NCBI GenBank assembly: GCA_016841525.1
Contig: JAENYZ010000006.1
Span: forward strand, 180,509-244,508
DNA from: Anaerolineaceae bacterium
GTDB taxonomy: Bacteria > Chloroflexota > Anaerolineae > Anaerolineales > Anaerolineaceae
Length of the DNA stretch: 64,000 nucleotides
Direction: 5' to 3'
The position numbers and the translations under genes are program-made. Position 1 is the stretch's first letter. Each line of letters begins with the position of its first letter. The notes beneath the pieces are model-generated. The model saw only the letters and a program-made list of their open reading frames with translations. It ran no database searches and was not told where the DNA came from. Positions 23,734 to 33,147 of this stretch are shown piece by piece.

Positions 23734-25784
23734 TACTCAAGCATGCCTTTCTTTTTCACCAGGAATATTCTAAAAATTGTGCCTCCTGTGTAACTGTCCA
23801 CCTCAATTTTACCTTTATGGGCATTAATAATCCTTTGTGTTATTGCTAACCCCAGGCCAGTACCATGATCAGAACCTGTAACAAATGGTTTAAACAAATG
23901 TGCTTTGATTTCATCAGGAATGCCGTGCCCTGAATCTGTCAGGATCACCTGGTAAAATTTCCGATCTTCTTCAAGTTCAGGTTCGGTAATGCGAATGCCC
24001 AGGGTGCCTCCTTCTTCGCTCATTGAATTCACAGAATTACTGATGATATTTGTAAAAACTTGTTCCAGTGCTCTCAGGTCGCCTTCAACAATAGGATTGA
24101 CAATCTGTGATTCGTAATAAGACGAAATGTTCAAACGGAGCAGCCTTGGGTGCCATCTGTCTAAAATATGCCTTAACATGAAGTCCAGGTCCACCCCAGA
24201 CATTTTGTATTCCAGGGGCTTGGCAAATGAAAGCACGCTTTCCATCAAGTAAAGCAATTTATTGCATTCATCCCGCATGTTATCAATCCATTTAAGATTT
24301 TCATCACCCTCAGATAAATTGTCTTCAATGACTTCCAGCGAAAGCATGATTGCGTTAATAGGGTTTCGCACCTCATGGGCAAAAATCGCCATGACTTCTC
24401 CCAGTATGGCGCGCTGTTCCAGTTGTTTTCTGGCCGCCTGGTTCTGTTCTTGCTGGCTGATGTCCTTGATTAAAATGATAATTGAAAGGACATGTCCATT
24501 TTGCATAACCGGGGACATCATTATTTGAGCAGGGAAGGACGTGCCATTGCGATGGTGCAATGTCAGGTCGCCGCCTGTGAGGGTTGGAATGCCTTGCCTG
24601 GCTGATGAGAGTGCAGAACCAAGCGATTCGGACCCAATCAAGATGGAATCAATTGGCTGCCGCAAGGCTTCAACATTGGCGTAACCAAGGATCGTTTCAA
24701 TAGCAGGATTGGTCTCTGCAATGGTCAGATCTGGAGCGAGGATAATAACACCTTCGTCAAGATTCTCAATTATCTCATTTTGAATTTTTACAACTTGCCT
24801 GATTTTACTTGAGAGATTTTTTAAATTTTGAAGGGAAATCTGGTCTTCCATTATTTCTGTTATGTAAACAGCTAATAGTTCTGTGAGGGGAAGGCTTACC
24901 TGTGTTGGAGCTGACTGTTTACTTCCGGCTAATAACAGACCAAATTTTGCCTCTTCATTTCCAAGAGGTGCTGTGATCAGAAATTTATAACCTGCATTTG
25001 CAGCAGTCTTTTGAAGATGGGTCTTTGGTGGAATTTCGGACCGCCACTCGACCGTGTCTGATGCGTTGACCAGGTCCTCACCCGATAGAACCTTTGGGAA
25101 TTCGGAAGCCATACGCTCATCATTGGACTGAAATTGCATCAATTGTGGTTTTCCACCGCTGGCTTTATAGATTGAGACAAACTCAGTCTCTAAAATTCTC
25201 GCTGATTCCTTAACAATATGTGAGAGTGTCTCAGAGAGGTTATTCTTGTTTTCATTCTTGAATAGTATTTTCAGGTTCTCGATAAATTTAACCTGTTCAT
25301 GGATACTTGATTGGCTCGTTGTTATCCCCTCAGGCTGAAAAGTCAGGAGAAGCAAATTCTGTTTATGGGTGAGGGGAAAGATCTTCACCCTAACAGGGAT
25401 CAAAGGCTGTTTCTTGTGCTTTAGAAAGGCTTTTTGGTCATGTCCAGAGATTGGATCGGTGTCTGAAATGTCAGGAAGAAGATTTTCAATTGGCTGTCCA
25501 AGGAAATCTTTTTCCCCAAGATTTGTCAGCAAAAACAGGGGGTTGTTGGCTGTAAGAATTTTGTTTTCTGTTTGGTTGTAAATAATTGCCGGATCCTGAA
25601 TTAAATCAATTAAGGTCAGGATCGTTTGAATCCCTTCATTCTTTGAAAATTCAACATTTGCCAGGCTTTCGGTAATATTTTGGGTCACATTGTACTCAAG
25701 CAGTTGCAAATTTTTCGATTCGGCGTAGGTGTGCTGGCAAAATGCCCTCCATTGCGCGATATTTTGCGACAGTTCTGCGTGCAA
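23733..25784 (-). CDS. Soluble sensor histidine kinase (PAS/GAF sensory region, HisKA, HATPase)
   Basis: H-box FAHEVRNPINAI. ATPase boxes NIISNSVNSM, DSGHGIPDE and GTGLGLAI. No TM segments. A 1-nt TAATG overlap links it to the regulator gene. The listed start is TTG 25784 and remains uncertain. Confidence 0.8.
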   Translation of the reverse strand: MHAELSQNIAQWRAFCQHTYAESKNLQLLEYNVTQNITESLANVEFSKNEGIQTILTLIDLIQDPAIIYNQTENKILTANNPLFLLTNLGEKDFLGQPIENLLPDISDTDPISGHDQKAFLKHKKQPLIPVRVKIFPLTHKQNLLLLTFQPEGITTSQSSIHEQVKFIENLKILFKNENKNNLSETLSHIVKESARILETEFVSIYKASGGKPQLMQFQSNDERMASEFPKVLSGEDLVNASDTVEWRSEIPPKTHLQKTAANAGYKFLITAPLGNEEAKFGLLLAGSKQSAPTQVSLPLTELLAVYITEIMEDQISLQNLKNLSSKIRQVVKIQNEIIENLDEGVIILAPDLTIAETNPAIETILGYANVEALRQPIDSILIGSESLGSALSSARQGIPTLTGGDLTLHHRNGTSFPAQIMMSPVMQNGHVLSIIILIKDISQQEQNQAARKQLEQRAILGEVMAIFAHEVRNPINAIMLSLEVIEDNLSEGDENLKWIDNMRDECNKLLYLMESVLSFAKPLEYKMSGVDLDFMLRHILDRWHPRLLRLNISSYYESQIVNPIVEGDLRALEQVFTNIISNSVNSMSEEGGTLGIRITEPELEEDRKFYQVILTDSGHGIPDEIKAHLFKPFVTGSDHGTGLGLAITQRIINAHKGKIEVDSYTGGTIFRIFLVKKKGMLE

Positions 25785-27129
25785 CCTGAATGCCTTGCTT
25801 TTCCAGGCTTTTGCGTATTTCCGTATCGTTCATCGCATGATTTTCGTTCTCAATAATGTTGCGCATAATTGCTCTGACAGATAAACTGCGATCAAAAAAA
25901 GTGGACATTGGAATGATCTTCCGGTTTGGGAGCTGAACCGTCTTGTTCGCTACAGCTCTTGAAATTGTGGATTCATGAACATCTAAATTTTCTGCTACCT
26001 CAGCCCGGGTTAATGGCTCAAGATGGACATCACCATGAATTATAAATGATTTTTGCACCTCAACGATTTTCTCCATGAGTTGGCGCATGGTGTTGTTACG
26101 CTGCTGAATGCATTTGATGAGCAGTGACGCTTTATCAAGATCCTTTTTCCATTCTTCTTGTTTTTCTTCGGATTGTTCTTTTAAGGCTTTTTTGAATAAT
26201 GGATTTAATCGCAGGGTGCCCCGAGATGGGGTGATGATCTCAATGATCAGGGGGTTCCCGGGTTTATTGTCGAGATAATAAATCAAAATATCGGGTTGAT
26301 GAAATACGTCTGGTGTGTTGTCATTGGGCTGTCTGAAGGTTCCCCAATTTGCACGAGCAGGGAAGGGATTAAGATTTTCGCTGATGTAGTGGGAGACGAG
26401 TTTAATCTTTTGAACGCTGGTCCCAAGCTTTTTTGCCAGTTCGCTGTACTGCCGCTTTTGTAATAATTCGAATTCTTCTGAAATTGCTCGACGAACAAAT
26501 TCTGGAATATTTGAAGATTCAGATAAGAACTCTACCTGTGCTAACAATGCTTCCTTGATATTTCTTGCTGAAACTCCCAGGGGATCACAGCGCTTGATTT
26601 TCTTAAGGACTGCTTCAACTTTGCCGGGTGTTGTGTGATGAAAACGACAAATTTCGCGAACTTCTATGGCTAAGAATCCATCATCATCGAGATTCGTCAG
26701 AATCATCGCAGCAATTTCACGCTCGTCCTTTTCTAATTCTGGTGCGACCTGGCGCAGGACATATGTGGGAAGGTTGAGTGGAATAGAAGAGTATGGATCT
26801 TCTGGCATATCGTCGCTGTAGGACTTACCAGAACCGCTGTAGTTGTAAAAATCATCTCTGGGAGAAACAAATACAATTGTTTCATCAGAGTCGAGAGATT
26901 TAGGCTGGCTGCAAATAGGGCAGGGACCTTGCGGCGGCAATTTTCTTCCGCACATCGGACATCTTCGTTCGTTAACCAGTTCAAGAGCCGGGTTTTTGGA
27001 TAATTCGACGTCAATGGTTTGCAATAATTCGGTGGACGTCATATAGAGCAAGGTCATCGTTTGCGCTATGTGCGCTGATGTCATCGGGCTCTGTACTTGG
27101 TTTTGTCCTTGATACTGGTTAAGTCTCAT
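25696..27129 (-). CDS. rpoN: RNA polymerase sigma-54 factor with a Cys4 insertion in region II
   Basis: RpoN box ARRTVAKYR. Region I MRLNQYQGQNQ..LLYMTSTELLQTI. Start moved to ATG 27129 (AGGAG 8 nt upstream) from 27177. Confidence 0.9.
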   Translation of the reverse strand: MRLNQYQGQNQVQSPMTSAHIAQTMTLLYMTSTELLQTIDVELSKNPALELVNERRCPMCGRKLPPQGPCPICSQPKSLDSDETIVFVSPRDDFYNYSGSGKSYSDDMPEDPYSSIPLNLPTYVLRQVAPELEKDEREIAAMILTNLDDDGFLAIEVREICRFHHTTPGKVEAVLKKIKRCDPLGVSARNIKEALLAQVEFLSESSNIPEFVRRAISEEFELLQKRQYSELAKKLGTSVQKIKLVSHYISENLNPFPARANWGTFRQPNDNTPDVFHQPDILIYYLDNKPGNPLIIEIITPSRGTLRLNPLFKKALKEQSEEKQEEWKKDLDKASLLIKCIQQRNNTMRQLMEKIVEVQKSFIIHGDVHLEPLTRAEVAENLDVHESTISRAVANKTVQLPNRKIIPMSTFFDRSLSVRAIMRNIIENENHAMNDTEIRKSLEKQGIQVARRTVAKYRAMEGILPAHLRRIEKFATA

Positions 27130-27265
27130 AATCTCAGCTCCTGGAATCATTATAAATGAATAATGCATTTGTTGCAAGAAGCATGCCAGGTATTTTCAGG
27201 AGCAGGTTTATAGACTATCCTTCGGGTGGTAAAATGCACTTATCCTAATTTGTGAGGCTTTTTTT

Positions 27266-28615
27266 ATGAGATTGACAATCGTGGGTGGTGGTTTAGCTGG
27301 GTGCGAGGCAGCATGGCAAGCGGCAGAAAGGGGAATTGGTGTTGATTTATATGAGATGCGGCCAGAACAAATGACAGGTGCCCATCGAACTGGCAATTTG
27401 GCTGAACTGGTTTGCTCCAATTCACTGGGTTCCAATTTACCCAACAGGGCATCGGGATTATTAAAAGAAGAGCTTCGCAGGCTTGGTTCATTACTCATTG
27501 CTTGTGGAGATGCAAGTTCCTTACCAGCAGGGGGAGCTCTGGCAGTTGATCGTGATGCGTTTTCCGCTTGTGTGCAGGTAAAAATCGAAAATCATCCCAA
27601 TATCAGGCTCATCCACGAGGAAATAACAGATATTCCTGAGGTTCCATCTGTATTAGCGTCTGGTCCTTTAACGTCTCCTAAATTATTAAAAGCTTTACAG
27701 GATTTTACAGGGGAGAAGCAATTATTTTTTTATGATGCAATTGCACCGATTGTTCATTTTGATTCAATCAATATGGAAGTTGCTTATCGGGCAAATCGTT
27801 ATGATCAGGGTGACTCGCAGGATGGGGACTATATCAACTGCCCTTTAAATGTAGAAGAATTTCAACGGTTTCGAGAGGCTTTACTTTCATCAAAAAGAAT
27901 TCCTTTGAAGGATTTTGAAGAGGAGATCGAGACTGGTGTAGATGCGGGAAGTGGGCAGTATTTCCAGGGCTGTCAACCTGTCGAGGTTATTGCTGCTTCA
28001 GGAGAAAAGTCTTTGGCTTTTGGACCAATGCGACCAGCAGGTTTACCCAACCCCAAAACTGGTCGTTGGCCTTATGCTGTTGTTCAGTTACGGCAGGATA
28101 ATCTGGCAGCGGATTTGTATAACATGGTAGGTTTTCAGACAAACCTCCTTTTTAGTGAACAAGAGCGTGTCTTCAGACTTATTCCGGGCTTGGAGAATGC
28201 GAGCTTTGAGCGTTTTGGTCAGATGCACCGCAATGCTTACATTACATCTCCATGCTTATTGTATGAAAATCTAGCTTTTAAAAAGAATCCAGGTAGTTTT
28301 GCTGCCGGACAGCTTTCGGGTATTGAAGGCTATGCAGGTAATATCGCTTCAGGTTTAGTTGCTGGAATTAATGTTACAAGGTTTATTCGGGGATTACCAC
28401 CATTGAAATTACCTATTACAACAATGACAGGTGCTTTAATTCATTACATAACCCACGCTGAAGCCAAGGATTTTCAACCTATGAAAGCAATGTTTGGATT
28501 GCTTCCCAAACCTGAAGATGATCTCCACCGGTCAAAAAAGGATCGTTATTCATTTTATTCGCAAAGGGCTTTAACGGATTTAGATCAATATCTATTGGAA
28601 GTGAAAGGATTTTAA
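27266..28615 (+). CDS. trmFO: Methylenetetrahydrofolate--tRNA-(uracil54-C5)-methyltransferase
   Basis: N-terminal FAD fold IVGGGLAGCEAAWQAA, ~450 aa, with full-length Gid/TrmFO-like sequence. Confidence 0.85.
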   Translation: MRLTIVGGGLAGCEAAWQAAERGIGVDLYEMRPEQMTGAHRTGNLAELVCSNSLGSNLPNRASGLLKEELRRLGSLLIACGDASSLPAGGALAVDRDAFSACVQVKIENHPNIRLIHEEITDIPEVPSVLASGPLTSPKLLKALQDFTGEKQLFFYDAIAPIVHFDSINMEVAYRANRYDQGDSQDGDYINCPLNVEEFQRFREALLSSKRIPLKDFEEEIETGVDAGSGQYFQGCQPVEVIAASGEKSLAFGPMRPAGLPNPKTGRWPYAVVQLRQDNLAADLYNMVGFQTNLLFSEQERVFRLIPGLENASFERFGQMHRNAYITSPCLLYENLAFKKNPGSFAAGQLSGIEGYAGNIASGLVAGINVTRFIRGLPPLKLPITTMTGALIHYITHAEAKDFQPMKAMFGLLPKPEDDLHRSKKDRYSFYSQRALTDLDQYLLEVKGF

Positions 28616-28650
28616 ATTGAGAGGTGTTATTCGTGACAATTAAGACTTTT

Positions 28651-28672
28651 ATCCTTGTTTCAAGGATTTTTT
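28651..28672 (+). terminator. Weak intrinsic terminator after trmFO
   Basis: atccttg-ttt-caaggat followed by ttttt. Confidence 0.45.
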
Positions 28673-28745
28673 ACCTGGGTGAAATTCTATAGGATGATTT
28701 ATAATTCCTTTTACTCACCAATAGATTACAAGGATAAATTTCAAA

Positions 28746-29921
28746 ATGATTATTGAGTCAGCCAAAAGAGTTTCACAAGTAAAACCCTATTTCTTTGCCA
28801 ATTTGGGAGATACTATTGAGGCATTAAAAAAATCTGGTAAGGATATCATACGGCTGGATATTGGATCGCCAGATTTACCGCCAAAGGATTTTATTATTGA
28901 AACGCTTGTTGACGCAGCAAGACGACCAGATATGCATGGCTACGGTCAATCTGGCGGTTCAGATTCTTTACGAAAGGCTTTTGCTTCATACTATGCACGG
29001 CGTTTTGGGATTGATCTTGATCCGAACCGAGAACTTGTGGGTTTGATTGGATCAAAAGAGGGATTATTTAACCTCAGCCAGGTGATCTTAAATAAGGGTG
29101 ATTTTGTTTTGATGCCCGATCCTGGATATCCAGTTTATGGGGTAGGCGCTATTATCACGCGAGCCAAACCCCATTATATGCCGCTGTTAGCTGAAAATGA
29201 CTTTCTACCTGATCTTGAAGCTATCCCCACCGAAATTGCAAAACAGGCAAAATTGATGTGGCTGAATTACCCCAATAATCCTACCGGTGCTGTTGCACCC
29301 TACGAATTTTTTGAAAAAGTTATCGCCTTTGCAAAACGAAACGAAATTATCATTGCTCATGATGCACCTTATGTCGATGTGTGTTTTGATAATTATGAAG
29401 CACCAAGCATCCTTCAGGTACCTGGCGCAAAAGAGGTGACAGTAGAATTCAATTCGCTTTCAAAAACATATAATATGGCAGGATGGCGAGTGGGCGTGGC
29501 AGCAGGTAATCGTGAGATTGTTCGTTTACTGAGGGTATATAAGAGTCAGCTTGATTCATCACACTTTAAACCAATTATGGAGGCAGCAAAGGCTGCACTT
29601 TTGGGTGATCAATCATGGATAGCTGAACGGAATATGGTTTATCAAAAAAGGCGAGATATCATTGTTTCTACCTTACGGGAATTGGACTTTGATTTCGAAG
29701 TACCAAAAGCATCATTGTATGTCTGGGCAAGAATTCCATCGCCCTATGTTGACAGCATCGCTTTTTGTGATGAATTGTTACATGCTACTGGGGTGAGCAT
29801 CACTCCTGGTGAGGTATACGGTGCATCGGGGGCTGGTTACGTACGTATTTCGCTTGTGACGCCTGAAGATATTTTAGAAGAAGCAATGTGTCGTTTGAAA
29901 AAATGGATGAAAGGAAACTGA
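28746..29921 (+). CDS. Class I/II PLP-dependent aminotransferase (LL-diaminopimelate/aspartate aminotransferase-like)
   Basis: NYPNNPTG and the PLP-lysine motif SLSKTYNMAGWRVG. Confidence 0.7.
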   Translation: MIIESAKRVSQVKPYFFANLGDTIEALKKSGKDIIRLDIGSPDLPPKDFIIETLVDAARRPDMHGYGQSGGSDSLRKAFASYYARRFGIDLDPNRELVGLIGSKEGLFNLSQVILNKGDFVLMPDPGYPVYGVGAIITRAKPHYMPLLAENDFLPDLEAIPTEIAKQAKLMWLNYPNNPTGAVAPYEFFEKVIAFAKRNEIIIAHDAPYVDVCFDNYEAPSILQVPGAKEVTVEFNSLSKTYNMAGWRVGVAAGNREIVRLLRVYKSQLDSSHFKPIMEAAKAALLGDQSWIAERNMVYQKRRDIIVSTLRELDFDFEVPKASLYVWARIPSPYVDSIAFCDELLHATGVSITPGEVYGASGAGYVRISLVTPEDILEEAMCRLKKWMKGN

Positions 29922-31256
29922 GTGACTAAATTAATTGATACGACAGCGCCACAGGAAAAAGCACTTTTAATCGGGGTCAGCCTTTTTTCTGATAAAAAAT
30001 TATTACCATTAGAAGACTCACTGGAAGAATTATCCTTGTTGGCTGATACAGCCGGTGTTGAAGTTGTGGGGACTATCACTCAAAACCTGAACACGCCCAA
30101 CCCAAAGACTTTTATTGGGTCTGGAAAAGTTGAAGAGGTGAAAATTCTTGCTCAAGAGCTTGGCGCGGATATGGTGATATTCGATAATGTATTATCGCCC
30201 CGGCATCAACGAGAATTAGAGGAAGGGCTTGGAGAGTCTATCCGGGTTATTGATCGAACGGCATTAATACTGGATATTTTTGCACAACACGCAAACACAA
30301 GTGAAGGTGGTTTGCAGGTTGAATTGGCACAATATGAATACCGCTTGCCCAGATTGACACGAGCCTGGACACATCTTGCCCGTCAGGCAGGTGGTGGTGG
30401 GGGTCGTGCAGGCGGTGTTGGGGGTGTTGGTTTGCGTGGCCCCGGTGAAACCCAGTTAGAGGTTGACCGCCGCATTATTTCACGACGTATTGAATTTCTC
30501 AAAGAAGAGTTAGAAAAGGTACGGGCGCATCGTTCGCGATATCGTCAGCGCCGCAAGAAGACTCGAATCCCTGTTATTGCCCTGGTTGGTTATACTAACG
30601 CTGGCAAATCGACTTTGCTCAACAGATTAGCCAGCTCGGATGTTTATGTCGCGGACCAATTGTTTGCGACATTGGATCCGACAACAAGGCGTGTTGAACT
30701 TCCTGGCGGACAGGCAGTTTTATTTACAGATACGGTTGGGTTTATTCAAAAACTTCCTACCGAATTGGTGGCGGCTTTTCGTGCAACCCTGGAAGAAATT
30801 TCTGATGCAGATGTGCTATTGCACGTTGTAGATATCACCCACAGAAATGCCAGTGCGCAGGCAAAATCAGTCCAGGAGACCCTGATCGATATTGGGGCTG
30901 GGGATATCCCTATGGTCACAGCGTTTAACAAAATTGACCTGTTGAAAGACCCTGAGGCCGCGGTTGATAATTTAGAGGAATTTACTGGTACTTTCCCAAT
31001 TTCAGCCCGGACAGGTCAGGGAATAGAAGCATTGCTTTCGGCTATCGAAAGTGAGTTATTTGAGACTTACATTGAGCTGGATGTTTTAATCCCCTACCAG
31101 GAGGGACAGCTGATTTCAAAATTACATGAATTTGGCCAGGTTCATGAAATTGAAAACTTGGAGGAAGGGACAAGGATTAAAGGGCTGATACCAAGACGGT
31201 TTATGCACCAATTTGAGCCTTATTTCATTCCAGATCCTGATGACGATGAATTTTGA
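29922..31256 (+). CDS. hflX: GTPase HflX
   Basis: GTG start. Glycine-rich HflX N-domain (GGGGGRAGGVGGVGLRGPGE). G1 GYTNAGKST, G3 DTVGF, G4 NKID. Confidence 0.9.
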   Translation: MTKLIDTTAPQEKALLIGVSLFSDKKLLPLEDSLEELSLLADTAGVEVVGTITQNLNTPNPKTFIGSGKVEEVKILAQELGADMVIFDNVLSPRHQRELEEGLGESIRVIDRTALILDIFAQHANTSEGGLQVELAQYEYRLPRLTRAWTHLARQAGGGGGRAGGVGGVGLRGPGETQLEVDRRIISRRIEFLKEELEKVRAHRSRYRQRRKKTRIPVIALVGYTNAGKSTLLNRLASSDVYVADQLFATLDPTTRRVELPGGQAVLFTDTVGFIQKLPTELVAAFRATLEEISDADVLLHVVDITHRNASAQAKSVQETLIDIGAGDIPMVTAFNKIDLLKDPEAAVDNLEEFTGTFPISARTGQGIEALLSAIESELFETYIELDVLIPYQEGQLISKLHEFGQVHEIENLEEGTRIKGLIPRRFMHQFEPYFIPDPDDDEF

Positions 31257-31260
31257 GTAC

Positions 31261-31292
31261 AAAAAAAGCTGGGCTACTGAGCCCAGCTTTTT
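31261..31292. terminator. Bidirectional intrinsic terminator between hflX and rpmF
   Basis: A7-gctgggct-actg-agcccagc-T5. Confidence 0.8.
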
Positions 31293-31311
31293 GATTGATG
31301 CGATTTAAGAA

Positions 31312-31500
31312 TTATTCTCGTTCGGTAATATCAAGAATTTCCCGGCCCTGGTAATGTCCGCAGTTAGGGCAGACACGGTGAGGTAAACGGGTCTCGCCGC
31401 AGTTAGGGCATACGACAACATTACGAGCTTTGAGCGCATCATGGGCACGTCGTCGGTCACGTCGACCAGGGGAAACTTTTCGTTTTGGAAGAGGGGTCAT
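31312..31500 (-). CDS. rpmF: 50S ribosomal protein L32 (Cys4 zinc-ribbon form)
   Basis: PKRKVSPGRRDRRRAH..CPNCGE..CPNCG. Confidence 0.9.
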   Translation of the reverse strand: MTPLPKRKVSPGRRDRRRAHDALKARNVVVCPNCGETRLPHRVCPNCGHYQGREILDITERE

Positions 31501-31545
31501 CTTACACTCCTTAAAATTCTATAATTATTCCAATTTAGCCAAAGG

Positions 31546-31574
31546 ATTATACCGGCACTTGGGGTGTGCGTCAA
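31546..31574 (-). promoter_or_regulatory. Sigma-70-like promoter for rpmF
   Basis: Minus strand reads TTGACG, a 17-nt spacer, then TATAAT. TAAGGAG RBS lies downstream. Confidence 0.65.
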
Positions 31575-31608
31575 GCATGATGCGACATATGCAGGCTGCT
31601 ATTATAGA

Positions 31609-31869
31609 TCAGGATTCGTCCACAAAGTCGGAAAGGTCCTCATCTTCGAAATCGCCCCTTTCCATGGCTTCTAACAAATCTACAGCTGCGGTTACCTGCG
31701 ATTCTGGCACAAGGACTTTTACCTGTCCTAAACGTCCAGCAGAAAGGCCTAATGTTCGGCCGATGCTTTCCTGGCTCAGGGTTACATTTAGACCCTGTGC
31801 TTCAAGAAAACCTTTGATCATCTCAGCTTCCAGTTGTCCTTCTGTTGAATAAACCTGTATTAATTTCAT
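31609..31869 (-). CDS. DUF2007-like small protein (putative signal-transducing fold)
   Basis: KLIQVYSTEGQLEAEMIKGFLEAQGLNV.. pattern with an acidic tail. Start set to ATG 31869 (AAGGTG upstream). Confidence 0.5.
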   Translation of the reverse strand: MKLIQVYSTEGQLEAEMIKGFLEAQGLNVTLSQESIGRTLGLSAGRLGQVKVLVPESQVTAAVDLLEAMERGDFEDEDLSDFVDES

Positions 31870-31883
31870 TTGAGGACACCTTT

Positions 31884-33092
31884 TCACTTTCTTATTAATT
31901 TTGAAATTGCCCGGGTGTAAGCTGATAAGGCTTCATCAGGTTTGTCTTGTTTTAGGGAAAGGTCACCGATTAATTCCCACAAGAGATTGCTTTTTTCTTT
32001 GTCAGTGGCTGTTGCTTCCTTTGCCCAAATCTTTATTTCTTCTAAATATTCCGATTTCTTAACGTAAGTCTGGAAAATCTCAAAAGAGGGTTCAATTTCG
32101 CCCTGGTCAAGGAGGTATTTAGCAAATTTCAATGTTTTCGGCAATTCTGGAGATAGAAGCTCTTCCTCATGCCAATGACTTTCATCAGCATCTAATTCTT
32201 CCACATTTTCGATATCCAAAGTCGGTACCTGTTCAATTAACATTTCACCTTCAAATAGTGTTTCGTCTGGAGGAATTTCTTCTTCCGCAATTGATAAATC
32301 TTCTGCAACTTGATCTTCTATAAACACCTCATTCTCAGCAAATTGTTCTTCGTATTCTTCATCGGGCTGATCAATTGCCAAAGGTGCTGCTTCAATGGGT
32401 TGATCATCAATAACCACTTCATCTTCCGTCTCGATGGGCGCAATGATGACGGGCTTTGTCGCTTCATCGGGGTTGAATGCTTCATCCTCAAATACCATGT
32501 TTTCTGATATCTCAGTTTCTGGTTCTTCGATCATCTCTTCAAGCCAATCTGGCAATTCTTCTTGCTCCTCATTTTGCTGATCGAGTCCATTTTCACTCTT
32601 TTCAAGATTATCTGAGGCTTCCAGATCAAATTGAGAAATTTCAACGAAACCTTCGTCCGACTGAACAATTTCATTTATAGCTTCAGTATTTTCGTTTTGA
32701 ATGTTTTCTTCTATGGGTTCTTCTGTATCCCAGGAATCGTACATTGATTTAAAATGAATGGCATCCGACTTTTCTTGTTCTTCTTCAATATGTTCGTCTG
32801 AGATTTGTTCGTCCCCACCAGCCTGGGAGAGGGTATTGATCCAATCCGGCAAATCACCCTGTTTCACTGGAAGATTCTGCAAATCCTGAAGAACGGCATT
32901 GTCGTCCTCATCAGTGTTCTCTAAAATTTCTTTAACCCATTGTCCAGAAGAATTCAATACGGATTCACTTGCTTCATCTTCTGGGGGTAGATCGTCCATT
33001 TCAGAAAAATCGTCATTGTGTTCTTCATTCTGGGATGAGTCAATGTCAGAATTTGCTTTTTCAGAATTTTCTTTATCGTATTGATCGTCCAT
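31884..33092 (-). CDS. Hyper-acidic protein with a C-terminal TPR-like helical region
   Basis: About 400 aa dominated by D/E/Q, with two LPDW motifs (GDLPDWINTL and EELPDWLEEM). The tail is ..ALSAYTRAISKLIRK. Start moved to ATG 33092 because the longer ORF (to 33194) runs through the rpoD terminator and a promoter. Confidence 0.55.
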   Translation of the reverse strand: MDDQYDKENSEKANSDIDSSQNEEHNDDFSEMDDLPPEDEASESVLNSSGQWVKEILENTDEDDNAVLQDLQNLPVKQGDLPDWINTLSQAGGDEQISDEHIEEEQEKSDAIHFKSMYDSWDTEEPIEENIQNENTEAINEIVQSDEGFVEISQFDLEASDNLEKSENGLDQQNEEQEELPDWLEEMIEEPETEISENMVFEDEAFNPDEATKPVIIAPIETEDEVVIDDQPIEAAPLAIDQPDEEYEEQFAENEVFIEDQVAEDLSIAEEEIPPDETLFEGEMLIEQVPTLDIENVEELDADESHWHEEELLSPELPKTLKFAKYLLDQGEIEPSFEIFQTYVKKSEYLEEIKIWAKEATATDKEKSNLLWELIGDLSLKQDKPDEALSAYTRAISKLIRK

Positions 33093-33147
33093 GGTTGGTC
33101 CATTCGTATTAGTCAAGATTGGCAGGTAATCATCATCATAATAAATT

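Noticed and set aside
30388-30440. A G-rich run (ggtggtggtgggggtcgtgcaggcggtgttgggggtgttgg) as a possible G-quadruplex or repeat element.
   Set aside because: It is in frame within hflX and encodes the conserved glycine-rich loop GGGGGRAGGVGGVG characteristic of HflX. No extra explanation is needed.
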